Source: an uncultured Ignavibacteria bacterium
GTDB lineage: Bacteria > Bacteroidota > Ignavibacteria > UBA10030 > SZUA-254
DNA length: 64,000 nucleotides
Direction: 5' to 3'
Assembly (NCBI GenBank): GCA_963724215.1
Contig: CAVRTZ010000008.1
Coordinates: forward strand, 130,378 to 194,377
Program-made: the position numbers and the translations under genes
The notes under the pieces: model-generated
Seen by the model: the letters and a program-made list of their open reading frames with translations, nothing else
What the model was told of the DNA's origin: nothing
Database searches by the model: none
Shown: positions 28,967 through 37,430 of the stretch, one piece after another
Position numbering within the stretch: position 1 is the first letter of the stretch
Layout: each line of letters opens with the position of its first letter

Positions 28967-29094
28967 ATTGAAGGTCATGCGGGTTTCGGGGAACCCGTCA
29001 CGCCGGGATGCATCCCACAGGCCGATGGTTTCGAAAAACGTCCCTTCTCCCGGGGACCATGCGGTTTATTTATTCAATCGATGAGGGTGGAGCG
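28967..29094 (+). promoter_or_regulatory. conserved structured 5' leader, copy 1
   Basis: Hairpins CGGGTT-TCGGGG-AACCCG (28980-28997), GGGATGCATCCC and GTCCC-N7-GGGAC are all mirrored in copy 2. A GGTGGAG Shine-Dalgarno precedes the ATG. Confidence 0.3.
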
Positions 29095-30804
29095 ATGAAA
29101 CGCAGGGAATTCATCTCGACGGTCGCCGAAACCGACCGGCCGGTCCAGCGGCCGCGGCGCCGGAAATTCGAGCCGAGCGATTTCGCCAACAAGGCGTTAC
29201 CGACCGTCCCGAGGAGCGCCTCGGGGCTCGAGCCGTACGCAGGACCGTGGGGCGCCGCGCAGGTCAGGCACCTCCTCCGCCGGACGATGTTCGGCGTGAA
29301 GCCGCAGGACGTGACCACGCTTTCCGCGATGAGCATCAATGACCTTGTGGACCTCCTCCTGACCGAACCGGCCATCCCCGATCCCCCGGTAAGCTACAAC
29401 GACAATGACCTCGAAGCGCCGGCCGGCACGACCTGGATCAACGCCCCGACATCCACCTCGAACGGGCTGCGCCACAACTCGCTCCGGGGGTGGTGGACGG
29501 GCCTGATGCTCGCCCAGGGCCCGTCCCTGCGCGAGAAGATGACGCTCTTCTGGCACAACCATTTCGCCACCGAATCCACCATCATCAAGGATGCGCGCCA
29601 CACCTGGAGGAACCACGCCCTCCTGCGTCAACACGCCCTGGGGAATTTCAGGGACCTGACGAAGTTCGTCACACTCGACGGGGGGATGCTCCGGTTCCTC
29701 AACGGAAACACGAACACCGCCACCAACCCGAACGAAAATTACGCCCGCGAGCTCCAGGAACTCTTCACCATCGGGAAAGGCCCCGAAATCGGCCCCGGCA
29801 ACTACACCAACTACACCGAGGTGGACGTCCAGCAGGCCGCCCGCGTCCTGAGCGGGTGGAGGGACAGCAGCGCGACCTTCGTCTCCTATTTCACCGCCAA
29901 CCGCCATGACGCGGGCAACAAACAGTTTTCGCCGGCATACGGTAATACGCTGATCACGGGCCAGGCCGGCGCGGCCGGGGCCAACGAGGTGGACGACCTC
30001 CTGAACATGATCTTCCTGCAAAATGAAACCGCGAAGTACATCTGCAGGAAATTCTACCGCTGGTTCGTCTATTACGTCATCGACGCCGCCGCCGAGGCGA
30101 ACGTCATCGCCCCGATGGCGGACATCTTCCGGAGCGGCAACTACGAGATCAAGCCGGCGCTCGCCGCCCTCTTCAGGAGCGCCCATTTCTATGACCCGGT
30201 CAACTTCGGCTGCGTGATCAAGAACCCGGTCGACCTGACCGTGGGCACGGCGCGGACCTTCTCCGTCGCGTACCCCTCGGCGGCGCCTCCCGACACGACG
30301 AACCTCCTGGCGCAGTACAACCACTGGAGATACCTCTCCACGCAGTCCACGGCGATGCAGCAGGAGCTGCTCGACCCGCCGGGCGTGGCGGGGTGGCCGG
30401 CGTACCACCAGGACCCGCTCTACTATGAAATGTGGATCAACGCCGACACGCTCGCGAACAGGACGGAATTCACCGACCGGCTCTCCGGGACCGGGTACTC
30501 TCAGAACGGGTTCAAGCAGATCATCGACCCGGTCGCGTTCGCGAACCTCTGCTCCAACCCGGCCGACCCGAACGGGCTCATCGACGAGTGGGCGGAATTC
30601 CTCTACCCGATCGCGATCACGGCGTCCCAGAAAACGTTCCTGAAGGACGCGCTGCTCCCGGGCCTGCCCGACTACGAATGGACGATCGAATGGTCCGACT
30701 ACGTCTCGGACCCGACAAACCCCGGGAAGGCCGCCGCCATCACCACGAAGCTGCGCGAATTGCTCTCGGTGATGCTCGCGATGCCCGAATACCAGCTGAT
30801 GTGA
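29095..30804 (+). CDS. DUF1800 domain protein, copy 1
   Basis: ORF 29008..30804 trimmed to MKRREFISTVAE, preceded by GGTGGAG. LTLFWHNHFATE ... LRQHALGNFRDL ... MLRFLNGN ... NENYARELQELFTIG are the typical DUF1800 blocks. Confidence 0.8.
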   Translation: MKRREFISTVAETDRPVQRPRRRKFEPSDFANKALPTVPRSASGLEPYAGPWGAAQVRHLLRRTMFGVKPQDVTTLSAMSINDLVDLLLTEPAIPDPPVSYNDNDLEAPAGTTWINAPTSTSNGLRHNSLRGWWTGLMLAQGPSLREKMTLFWHNHFATESTIIKDARHTWRNHALLRQHALGNFRDLTKFVTLDGGMLRFLNGNTNTATNPNENYARELQELFTIGKGPEIGPGNYTNYTEVDVQQAARVLSGWRDSSATFVSYFTANRHDAGNKQFSPAYGNTLITGQAGAAGANEVDDLLNMIFLQNETAKYICRKFYRWFVYYVIDAAAEANVIAPMADIFRSGNYEIKPALAALFRSAHFYDPVNFGCVIKNPVDLTVGTARTFSVAYPSAAPPDTTNLLAQYNHWRYLSTQSTAMQQELLDPPGVAGWPAYHQDPLYYEMWINADTLANRTEFTDRLSGTGYSQNGFKQIIDPVAFANLCSNPADPNGLIDEWAEFLYPIAITASQKTFLKDALLPGLPDYEWTIEWSDYVSDPTNPGKAAAITTKLRELLSVMLAMPEYQLM

Positions 30805-30811
30805 GGATGCC

Positions 30812-32419
30812 ATGAGAAGAAGATCGTTCATACGGAATTCCGTTCCCGTCGCAGTCCTCCCGTTCCTGCTCGGCGGCTTCAACGTCAGGGCCTACGGCCG
30901 GTCGAAGGTCCTCGAGGGGCTGATCGGGGCCGGCACCCCCGGCGACCGCGTCCTCGTGCTCATCCAGCTCAACGGCGGCAACGACGGGCTCAACATGGTG
31001 ATCCCTCTCGACCAGTACCCGGCGCTCGTGAACGCCCGCGGGAACATCGCCATCCCGGAGAACAAGGTCCTGAAGCTCACCGACGCCACCGGGCTCCATC
31101 CCTCCATGACCGGGTTGCGGAACCTCTACACCGCCGGAAGGGTGAACATCGTCCAGGGCGTGACATACCCGAACCCGAACAAGTCGCATTTCCGCGGAAC
31201 GGACATCTGGCTCACGGCCTCGGACGCGGACGAGACCCTGAGCACCGGGTGGCTCGGGAGGTGGCTGGACCAGGCGTTCCCCGATTTCCCGGACGGGTAT
31301 CCGAACGAGGTGATGCCCGACCCGTTGGCGATCCAGATCGGGTCGGTGGTCTCGACGGGGCTCCAGGGGCCGAACGGCTCGCTCGGCATGGCCATCACCA
31401 GCCCGACGACTTTTTACCAGCTTCTCACCGGCGGGGTGGACACGGCCCCCGACACGCCCGCCGGCCACGAGCTGACGTTCATCCGGCAGGTCGCGCAGCA
31501 GACGTCGGTGTACGCCGACAGGATCAAGGCGGCCGCCGGGAACGTACCGGCGCAATCGACCCTCTATCCGCCGGCCGGTTCGAACAAGCTCGCCGACCAG
31601 TTGAAGATCGTCGCCCAGCTCATCGCGGGCGGACTGAAGACCCGCATCTATGTCACCAACCTCGGGGGGTTCGACACGCACGCGGGGCAGATCGACGACG
31701 CGCTCGGGACGGAGTTCGGGGACCACGCCGACCTCCTCGGCAAACTCTCGGAGGCGATCCTCGCGTTCCAGGAGGACCTCCGCGTTCTTCGGGCGGACCA
31801 CAGGGTCATCGGCATGACGTTCTCGGAGTTCGGGCGCAGGATCAAGTCGAACGCCAGCTTCGGGACGGACCACGGCGAAGCGGCCCCCGTCATCCTCTTC
31901 GGCAAGGGCATCAAGCACGGCATCACCGGCGCCAACCCGGTGATCCCCAACCCGGTCTCAAGCACGGACAACCTGGGGATGCAATACGACTTCCGGCAGG
32001 TGTACGCCTCGGTGCTGAAGCAGTGGTTCGGCGTGCCGCAGGACGTGCTCGACGCCGTGCTGCTGCAGAATTTCCAGACGCTCCCCGTCGTCGTCGGCCT
32101 GCCGGAACCGCGCCTCCCGATCGTCAACCAGGAGGGAGCGGCCGCGGACGGTCTCCCTGAAACCGTCGGCCTGGGCCAGAACTATCCCAACCCGTTCAAC
32201 CCCTCGACGACCATTTCGTTCACGTCCGACGGCGGGCCGGTGAGCGTCAGGGTCTACGACACGCTCGGGCGTGAGGTGGCGACGCTGGTGGACGGCGTGG
32301 CGGGGGCCGGACGGTTCAACGTCACCTTCGACGCCTCGGCGCTCCCGGCGGGCATCTACTATTACAGGATGCGGAGCGGGGCGCACGAGGAAGTCCGGAA
32401 AATGAACCTGGTGAAATAA
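30812..32419 (+). CDS. DUF1501 (sulfatase-fold) protein with T9SS C-terminal sorting domain, copy 1
   Basis: 535-aa ORF with N-terminus MRRRSFIRNSVPVAVLPFLLGG. DUF1501 blocks are QLNGGNDGLN, GGFDTHAGQ and FGTDHGEAAP. The last roughly 85 aa are NYPNPFNPSTTISF...GIYYYRM (type-A CTD). Confidence 0.85.
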   Translation: MRRRSFIRNSVPVAVLPFLLGGFNVRAYGRSKVLEGLIGAGTPGDRVLVLIQLNGGNDGLNMVIPLDQYPALVNARGNIAIPENKVLKLTDATGLHPSMTGLRNLYTAGRVNIVQGVTYPNPNKSHFRGTDIWLTASDADETLSTGWLGRWLDQAFPDFPDGYPNEVMPDPLAIQIGSVVSTGLQGPNGSLGMAITSPTTFYQLLTGGVDTAPDTPAGHELTFIRQVAQQTSVYADRIKAAAGNVPAQSTLYPPAGSNKLADQLKIVAQLIAGGLKTRIYVTNLGGFDTHAGQIDDALGTEFGDHADLLGKLSEAILAFQEDLRVLRADHRVIGMTFSEFGRRIKSNASFGTDHGEAAPVILFGKGIKHGITGANPVIPNPVSSTDNLGMQYDFRQVYASVLKQWFGVPQDVLDAVLLQNFQTLPVVVGLPEPRLPIVNQEGAAADGLPETVGLGQNYPNPFNPSTTISFTSDGGPVSVRVYDTLGREVATLVDGVAGAGRFNVTFDASALPAGIYYYRMRSGAHEEVRKMNLVK

Positions 32420-32639
32420 AGGCCCCCCTGGCGGGAACCACCCGTCGATCCCCGCGAAGACGATCTTGCATACCCCCTGAGCCCACCCGCACCAGCCGCA
32501 GTCCCGTTGATGAAAAATGTGACAACGGGCATCATCAGTCATGAAAGTGCCGTTACCGGTGTAATTTGATGTGATCCCGGTCACACCCACTCCGCGAAAT
32601 TTTGTATCGCCGTCTGTTTTTCTCTACCTATAAGGACTG

Positions 32640-32763
32640 CATGGAGTGCGGGTTTTAGGGAGCCCGTCAAGCCCGGGTATATCCCAATGATCGGCAATAC
32701 GCGGAATTGTCCCTGTTACCGGGGACGGGGCGGGCTGTTTTTACAACCGATGAGGATGGAGCG
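32640..32763 (+). promoter_or_regulatory. conserved structured 5' leader, copy 2
   Basis: CGGGTT-TTAGGGA-GCCCG (32649-32666, with one G-U in place of A-U), a GGG-N5-CCC hairpin, and GTCCC-TGTTACC-GGGGAC with the same stem but a different loop. A GGATGGAG SD precedes the ATG. Confidence 0.3.
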
Positions 32764-34467
32764 ATGAAACGCAGAGAATTCATCTCGACGGTCGCCGAGA
32801 AAGACGGACCGGACCAGCGGCCGCGGCGCCGGAAATTCGAGGCGAGCGATTTCGCCAACAAGTCGTTGCCGGATGTCCCGCGGAGCGCCTCGGGGATCGA
32901 GCCGTACGCCGGCCCGTGGGGAGCAGCGGAGGTCAGGCACCTCCTCCGCCGGACGATGTTCGGCGCTAAGCCGCAGGACGTGACCACGCTTTCCGCGATG
33001 AGCGTCAATGACCTCGTGGACCTCCTCCTGACTGAACCGGCCATCCCTGATCCCCCTTTGAGCTACAACGACGGCGACCCCGAAGTGCCGGCCGGCACGA
33101 CCTGGATCAACGCCCCGACGTCCAGCTCGGAAGGGGTACGCCTCAACTCCCTCCGTGGGTGGTGGGTGGGCCTCATGCTCGGGCAGGGCCCCAGCGTTCG
33201 CGAGAAGATGACGCTCTTCTGGCACAACCATTTCGCCACCGAGTCTTCCGTCATCGGGGACGCTCGCCATACCTGGAGGAACCACGCCCTCCTGCGTCAA
33301 CACGCCCTCGGCAATTTCAGGGACCTGACGAAGCTCGTCACCCTCGACGGGGGGATGCTCCGGTTCCTCAACGGAAACTCCAACACCGAGAGCAACCCGA
33401 ACGAGAATTACGCCCGCGAGCTCCAGGAACTCTTCACGATCGGAAAGGGGTTCGAAATCGGCCCCGGCAACTACACCAACTACACCGAGGTCGACGTCCA
33501 GCAGGCCGCCCGCGTCCTGAGCGGGTGGAGGGACAGCAGCGCGACCTTCGTTTCCTATTTCACCGCCGGCAGGCACGACCCCGGGGACAAGCAGTTTTCA
33601 CCGGCCTACGGCGACACCCTGATCACGGGCCGGGAAGGGGCCGCCGGCGCCGACGAGCTGGACGACCTCCTCGACATGATCTTCCTGCAGGCCGAGACGG
33701 CGAAGTACATCTGCCGGAAACTGTACCGCTGGTTCGTCTATTACGTCATCGACGCCGCCGCCGAGGCGAACGTCATCGCCCCGATGGCGGACATCTTCCG
33801 GAGCGGCAACTACGAGATCAGGCCGGCGCTCGCCGCCCTCTTCAAGAGCGCCCATTTCTTCGACCCGGTGAACGTCGGCTGCGTGATCAAGAACCCGGTC
33901 GAGCTGACCGTGGGGACGGCGAGGACCTTCTCCGTTTCCTACCCCGCGGCCGTCGACAACCCGACGCTCCTCGCCCGGTACAACCACTGGAGATACCTCT
34001 CCACGCGGGCCACGGCGATGCAGCAGGAACTGCTCGACCCGCCCGGCGTGGCGGGTTGGCCGGCGTACCGCCAGGACCCGCTCTACTATGAAATGTGGAT
34101 CAACGCCGACACCGTGGCGCGCAGGGCCGAATTCACCGACAGGCTGGCCGGGCAGGGGTTTTCACAGAACGGGTTCAGGCAGGTCATCGACCCGGTCGCG
34201 TTCGCGAACCTCTGCTCCAACCCGGCCGACCCGAACGGGCTCATCGACGAGTGGGCGGAATTCCTCTACCCGATCGCGATCACGGCGTCCCAGAAAACGT
34301 TCCTGAAGGACGCGCTGCTCCCGGGCCTGCCCGACTACGAGTGGACGATCGAATGGTCGGATTATGTGGCCGATCCGACGGACCCCGGGAAGGCCGCCGC
34401 CATCACCACGAAGCTGCGCGAACTGCTTTCGGTGATGCTCGCGATGCCCGAATACCAGCTGATGTGA
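32764..34467 (+). CDS. DUF1800 domain protein, copy 2
   Basis: ORF 32707..34467 trimmed to MKRREFISTVAE. Collinear with copy 1 along its whole length, with mostly conservative differences. Confidence 0.8.
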   Translation: MKRREFISTVAEKDGPDQRPRRRKFEASDFANKSLPDVPRSASGIEPYAGPWGAAEVRHLLRRTMFGAKPQDVTTLSAMSVNDLVDLLLTEPAIPDPPLSYNDGDPEVPAGTTWINAPTSSSEGVRLNSLRGWWVGLMLGQGPSVREKMTLFWHNHFATESSVIGDARHTWRNHALLRQHALGNFRDLTKLVTLDGGMLRFLNGNSNTESNPNENYARELQELFTIGKGFEIGPGNYTNYTEVDVQQAARVLSGWRDSSATFVSYFTAGRHDPGDKQFSPAYGDTLITGREGAAGADELDDLLDMIFLQAETAKYICRKLYRWFVYYVIDAAAEANVIAPMADIFRSGNYEIRPALAALFKSAHFFDPVNVGCVIKNPVELTVGTARTFSVSYPAAVDNPTLLARYNHWRYLSTRATAMQQELLDPPGVAGWPAYRQDPLYYEMWINADTVARRAEFTDRLAGQGFSQNGFRQVIDPVAFANLCSNPADPNGLIDEWAEFLYPIAITASQKTFLKDALLPGLPDYEWTIEWSDYVADPTDPGKAAAITTKLRELLSVMLAMPEYQLM

Positions 34468-34474
34468 GGTTATC

Positions 34475-36046
34475 ATGAGAAGAAGATCGTTCATACGGAA
34501 TTCCGTTCCCGTTGCAGTCCTCCCGTTCCTGCTCGGCGGCTTCAACGTCCGGGCGTACGGGCGTTCGAAAATCCTCGAGGGGCTGATCAACGCCGGGACC
34601 CCCGGCGACCGCGTCCTCGTGCTCATCCAGCTCAACGGCGGCAACGACGGGCTCAACACGGTGATCCCTCTCGACCAGTACCCCGCCCTCATGAGCGCCC
34701 GACGAAACATCGTCATCCCGGAGAACAAGGTCCTGAAGCTCACCGACGCCACCGGGCTCCACCCCTCGATGACCGGACTGCATGAGCTCTTCACCGACGG
34801 ACGGGTGAACATCGTCCAGGGGGTGAGCTATCCGAACCCGAACAAGTCCCATTTCCGCGGCACGGACATCTGGCTCACGGCCTCGGACGCCGACGAGACC
34901 CTGAACACCGGGTGGCTCGGGAGGTGGCTGGACCAGACGTACCCCGATTTCCCGATCGGGTACCCGAATGAAATCATGCCCGACCCGCTGGCGATCCAGA
35001 TCGGGTCGGTGGTCTCGACGGGGATCCAGGGGCCGAACGGCTCGCTCGGCATGGCCATCACCAGCCCGACGTCGTTCTACCAGCTGCTCACCGGCGGGGT
35101 GGACACGGCCCCCGACACGCCCGCCGGCCACGAGCTGACGTTCATCCGGCAGGTCGTGCAGCAGACGTCGGTGTACGCCGACAGGATCAGGGCGGCCGCG
35201 GACGCTGTGCCGGCGCAATCGCCCCTGTATCCGCCGGCCGGTTCGAACAGGCTCGCCGACCAGTTGAAGATCGTCGCGAAACTCATCGCGGGCGGACTGA
35301 AGACCCGCATCTACGTCACCAGCCTCGGGGGGTTCGACACCCACGCCGGGCAGGTCGACGGTACGCTGGGGGCGGAGTTCGGGGACCACGCCGACCTCCT
35401 CGGCAAACTCTCGGAGGCGATCTTCGCGTTCCAGGAGGACCTCCGCATGCTGAGGGCGGACAACCGCGTCATCGGAATGACGTTCTCGGAGTTCGGGCGC
35501 AGGATCAAGTCGAACGCCAGCTTCGGGACGGACCACGGTGAAGCGGCCCCCGTCATCCTCTTCGGCAGGGCCGTCAGTAACGGCATCATCGGCGTCAACC
35601 CGGTGATCCCCGATGCGGCTTCGAACTCGGACAACCTGGAGATGCAATACGACTTCCGGCAGGTGTACGCCTCGGTGCTCCGGCAGTGGTTCGGCGTGCC
35701 GCAGGACGTGCTCGAGGCGGTGTTGCTGCGTGATTTCCAGGCGCTCCCGATCGTCGACCCGAACGCCGCGGCGGGCGGTCTCCCGGAGACCATCAGCCTG
35801 GGCCAGAACTATCCCAACCCGTTCAACCCGTCGACGGTCATTTCGTTCCTGTCCGACGGCGGGCCGGTCACCATCAAGGTGTTCGACACGCTCGGGCGTG
35901 AGGTGGCGACCGTGCTGGACGGCATCCCGGGAACGGGCCGGTTCAGCGTCAACTTCGACGCCTCGGCGCTTCCTTCGGGCGTCTACTTTTACAGAATGCA
36001 GACCGGCTCCCACCAGCTGGTCCGGAAAATGAACCTGATCAAATAG
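34475..36046 (+). CDS. DUF1501 (sulfatase-fold) protein with T9SS C-terminal sorting domain, copy 2
   Basis: 523-aa ORF with the same blocks as copy 1. It is 12 aa shorter in the linker before the CTD (PIVDPNAAAGGLPETI vs VVVGLPEPRLPIVNQEGAAADGLPETV). Confidence 0.85.
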   Translation: MRRRSFIRNSVPVAVLPFLLGGFNVRAYGRSKILEGLINAGTPGDRVLVLIQLNGGNDGLNTVIPLDQYPALMSARRNIVIPENKVLKLTDATGLHPSMTGLHELFTDGRVNIVQGVSYPNPNKSHFRGTDIWLTASDADETLNTGWLGRWLDQTYPDFPIGYPNEIMPDPLAIQIGSVVSTGIQGPNGSLGMAITSPTSFYQLLTGGVDTAPDTPAGHELTFIRQVVQQTSVYADRIRAAADAVPAQSPLYPPAGSNRLADQLKIVAKLIAGGLKTRIYVTSLGGFDTHAGQVDGTLGAEFGDHADLLGKLSEAIFAFQEDLRMLRADNRVIGMTFSEFGRRIKSNASFGTDHGEAAPVILFGRAVSNGIIGVNPVIPDAASNSDNLEMQYDFRQVYASVLRQWFGVPQDVLEAVLLRDFQALPIVDPNAAAGGLPETISLGQNYPNPFNPSTVISFLSDGGPVTIKVFDTLGREVATVLDGIPGTGRFSVNFDASALPSGVYFYRMQTGSHQLVRKMNLIK

Positions 36047-36203
36047 GGGCCGCACCCCGCCGGATCCGCGCTCTCCCGGACCTGGCGGGCCCCGGATCCC
36101 GCCGGTTTCCGGTCCACCCGTACCCGGTCCCCTCCACCCCTCGCGGGCCGGATGCCGGGAACTTGTATTTTCCCTCAGCCGTTCGTATCTTGCGTTCCAT
36201 TCC

Positions 36204-36215
36204 TTTAAGCTTAAA
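36204..36215 (+). promoter_or_regulatory. perfect 12-bp palindrome abutting the marR-like start (candidate autoregulatory operator)
   Basis: TTTAAGCTTAAA at 36204-36215, 3 nt before the TTG start at 36219. Confidence 0.3.
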
Positions 36216-36218
36216 CCA

Positions 36219-36707
36219 TTGATTCCGAGGCGTTCATACGGGGAACGGGCCGATCGCGCACTCGCGATGTGGGTCAAACTGGCGCGGGCGTCGGCGACGT
36301 TCGGCAGGCTCACCGAAAAACACATTCACTCTTTCGGCCTGACGGAGCCGCAGTTCGGCGTGCTCGAATGCCTGGGGCACCTCGGGCCGCTCACGCTGGG
36401 GGAACTCTCCCGGAAGATGCTGGTCAGCGGGGGCAACATCACCTGCGTGGTGGACCACCTCGAGCGCGACGGGTTCGTCGAACGGGTCCGGGCGAAGAAC
36501 GACCGGCGCAAAGTGGTCGCGAAACTCACGCCGAAGGGGAACCGGCTCTTCCTCACCACCTTCCGGAAGCACGCGACGTTCGTCGGCTCGGTGGCGTCGG
36601 TGCTGGACGCGAAGGAGCAGGCCGCGCTGGCGAGGCTCCTGAGGAAGCTGGGAGTCGGGCTCGCCGAAACCCACGGCCGCGAACGGGTGAACGGAGGCGG
36701 GGCCTGA
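36219..36707 (+). CDS. MarR family transcriptional regulator
   Basis: 162-aa ORF (TTG start; an alternative ATG lies at 36267). The winged-helix block is LTEPQFGVLECLGHLGPLTLGELSRKMLVSGGNITCVVDHLERDGFVERVRAKNDRR. Confidence 0.85.
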   Translation: MIPRRSYGERADRALAMWVKLARASATFGRLTEKHIHSFGLTEPQFGVLECLGHLGPLTLGELSRKMLVSGGNITCVVDHLERDGFVERVRAKNDRRKVVAKLTPKGNRLFLTTFRKHATFVGSVASVLDAKEQAALARLLRKLGVGLAETHGRERVNGGGA

Positions 36708-36798
36708 CAGGCCGCCGGGGATACGGGAGGCGTCCATCGATCGGAAGGGAACGACGATAATCAACCATCAACCATCATCACAACAGGAAGCACCCATC

Positions 36799-37401
36799 AT
36801 GAAAATATTCTCAATTCTTTCCGGGCTCATCCTCCTCGCCGCGGGACCTCTCGCCGGCCAGGACGCCTGGCAGATCGACCGGTCGCACAGCTCCATCGAG
36901 TTCGCCGTCACCCACATGGTGATCGCCGAAGCGACCGGCCGTTTCAAGGACTTCGACGTCAAGATGACATCGACCGGCGAGGATTTCGCGGCAGCCGGGA
37001 TCGAGGCCGTCATCAAGACCGCCAGCATCGCCACCGACAACGAATACCGGGACAACGACCTGCACGGCGCCGAATTCTTCGACGTGGAGAAATACCCCGA
37101 GGCCACCTTCAAGAGCACGAAGTTCGAGAAGACGGGCGACGGCAGGTATAAAATCACGGGGAACCTCACGATCCGCGATACGACGAAGCCGGTCGTGCTC
37201 GACGCGACCTACTTCGGCAGCATCACCGATGCGAAGGGCGGCGTGCGCATGGGCTGGAAGGCCGAAACCACCATCGACCGTTTCGATTTCGGCGTCAAAT
37301 GGAACAAGGCGCTCGAAGCGGGCGGGCTTGTGGTTTCGAAGGACGTCAGGCTCACCATCCGGGTGGAGATGAAAAAAGTCCAGCCGGGAAAAAAGGAATA
37401 A
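36799..37401 (+). CDS. YceI-family periplasmic polyisoprenoid-binding protein
   Basis: 200-aa ORF with a signal peptide. It carries IDRSHSSIEFAVTHMVIAEATGRF, RDNDLHGAEFFDVEKYPEATF and ITGNLTIRDTTKPV, the canonical YceI blocks. Confidence 0.9.
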   Translation: MKIFSILSGLILLAAGPLAGQDAWQIDRSHSSIEFAVTHMVIAEATGRFKDFDVKMTSTGEDFAAAGIEAVIKTASIATDNEYRDNDLHGAEFFDVEKYPEATFKSTKFEKTGDGRYKITGNLTIRDTTKPVVLDATYFGSITDAKGGVRMGWKAETTIDRFDFGVKWNKALEAGGLVVSKDVRLTIRVEMKKVQPGKKE

Positions 37402-37430
37402 CCCCGCAGTCCCAATCATCCGGGAAAGCC

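Larger units (their letters stand above)
28950..32419 (+). repeat. tandem duplication, unit 1 (leader + DUF1800 + DUF1501-T9SS)
   Basis: Collinear with 32618..36046 at an offset of 3663-3669 nt. By eye the copies are roughly 85-90 percent identical at DNA level. A 157-nt perfectly identical tract spans 30521-30677 = 34184-34340. Confidence 0.9.
32618..36046 (+). repeat. tandem duplication, unit 2
   Basis: See unit 1. The duplication includes about 145 nt upstream of each DUF1800 start (shared TTTTCTCTA..ATAA..CATG..GCGGGTTT). Confidence 0.9.

Noticed and set aside
28950-36046. Duplicated 3.5-kb units as a mobile element or composite transposon.
   Set aside because: There is no transposase, integrase, terminal inverted repeats or target-site duplication. 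The units are directly tandem, with their own promoter-like regions.
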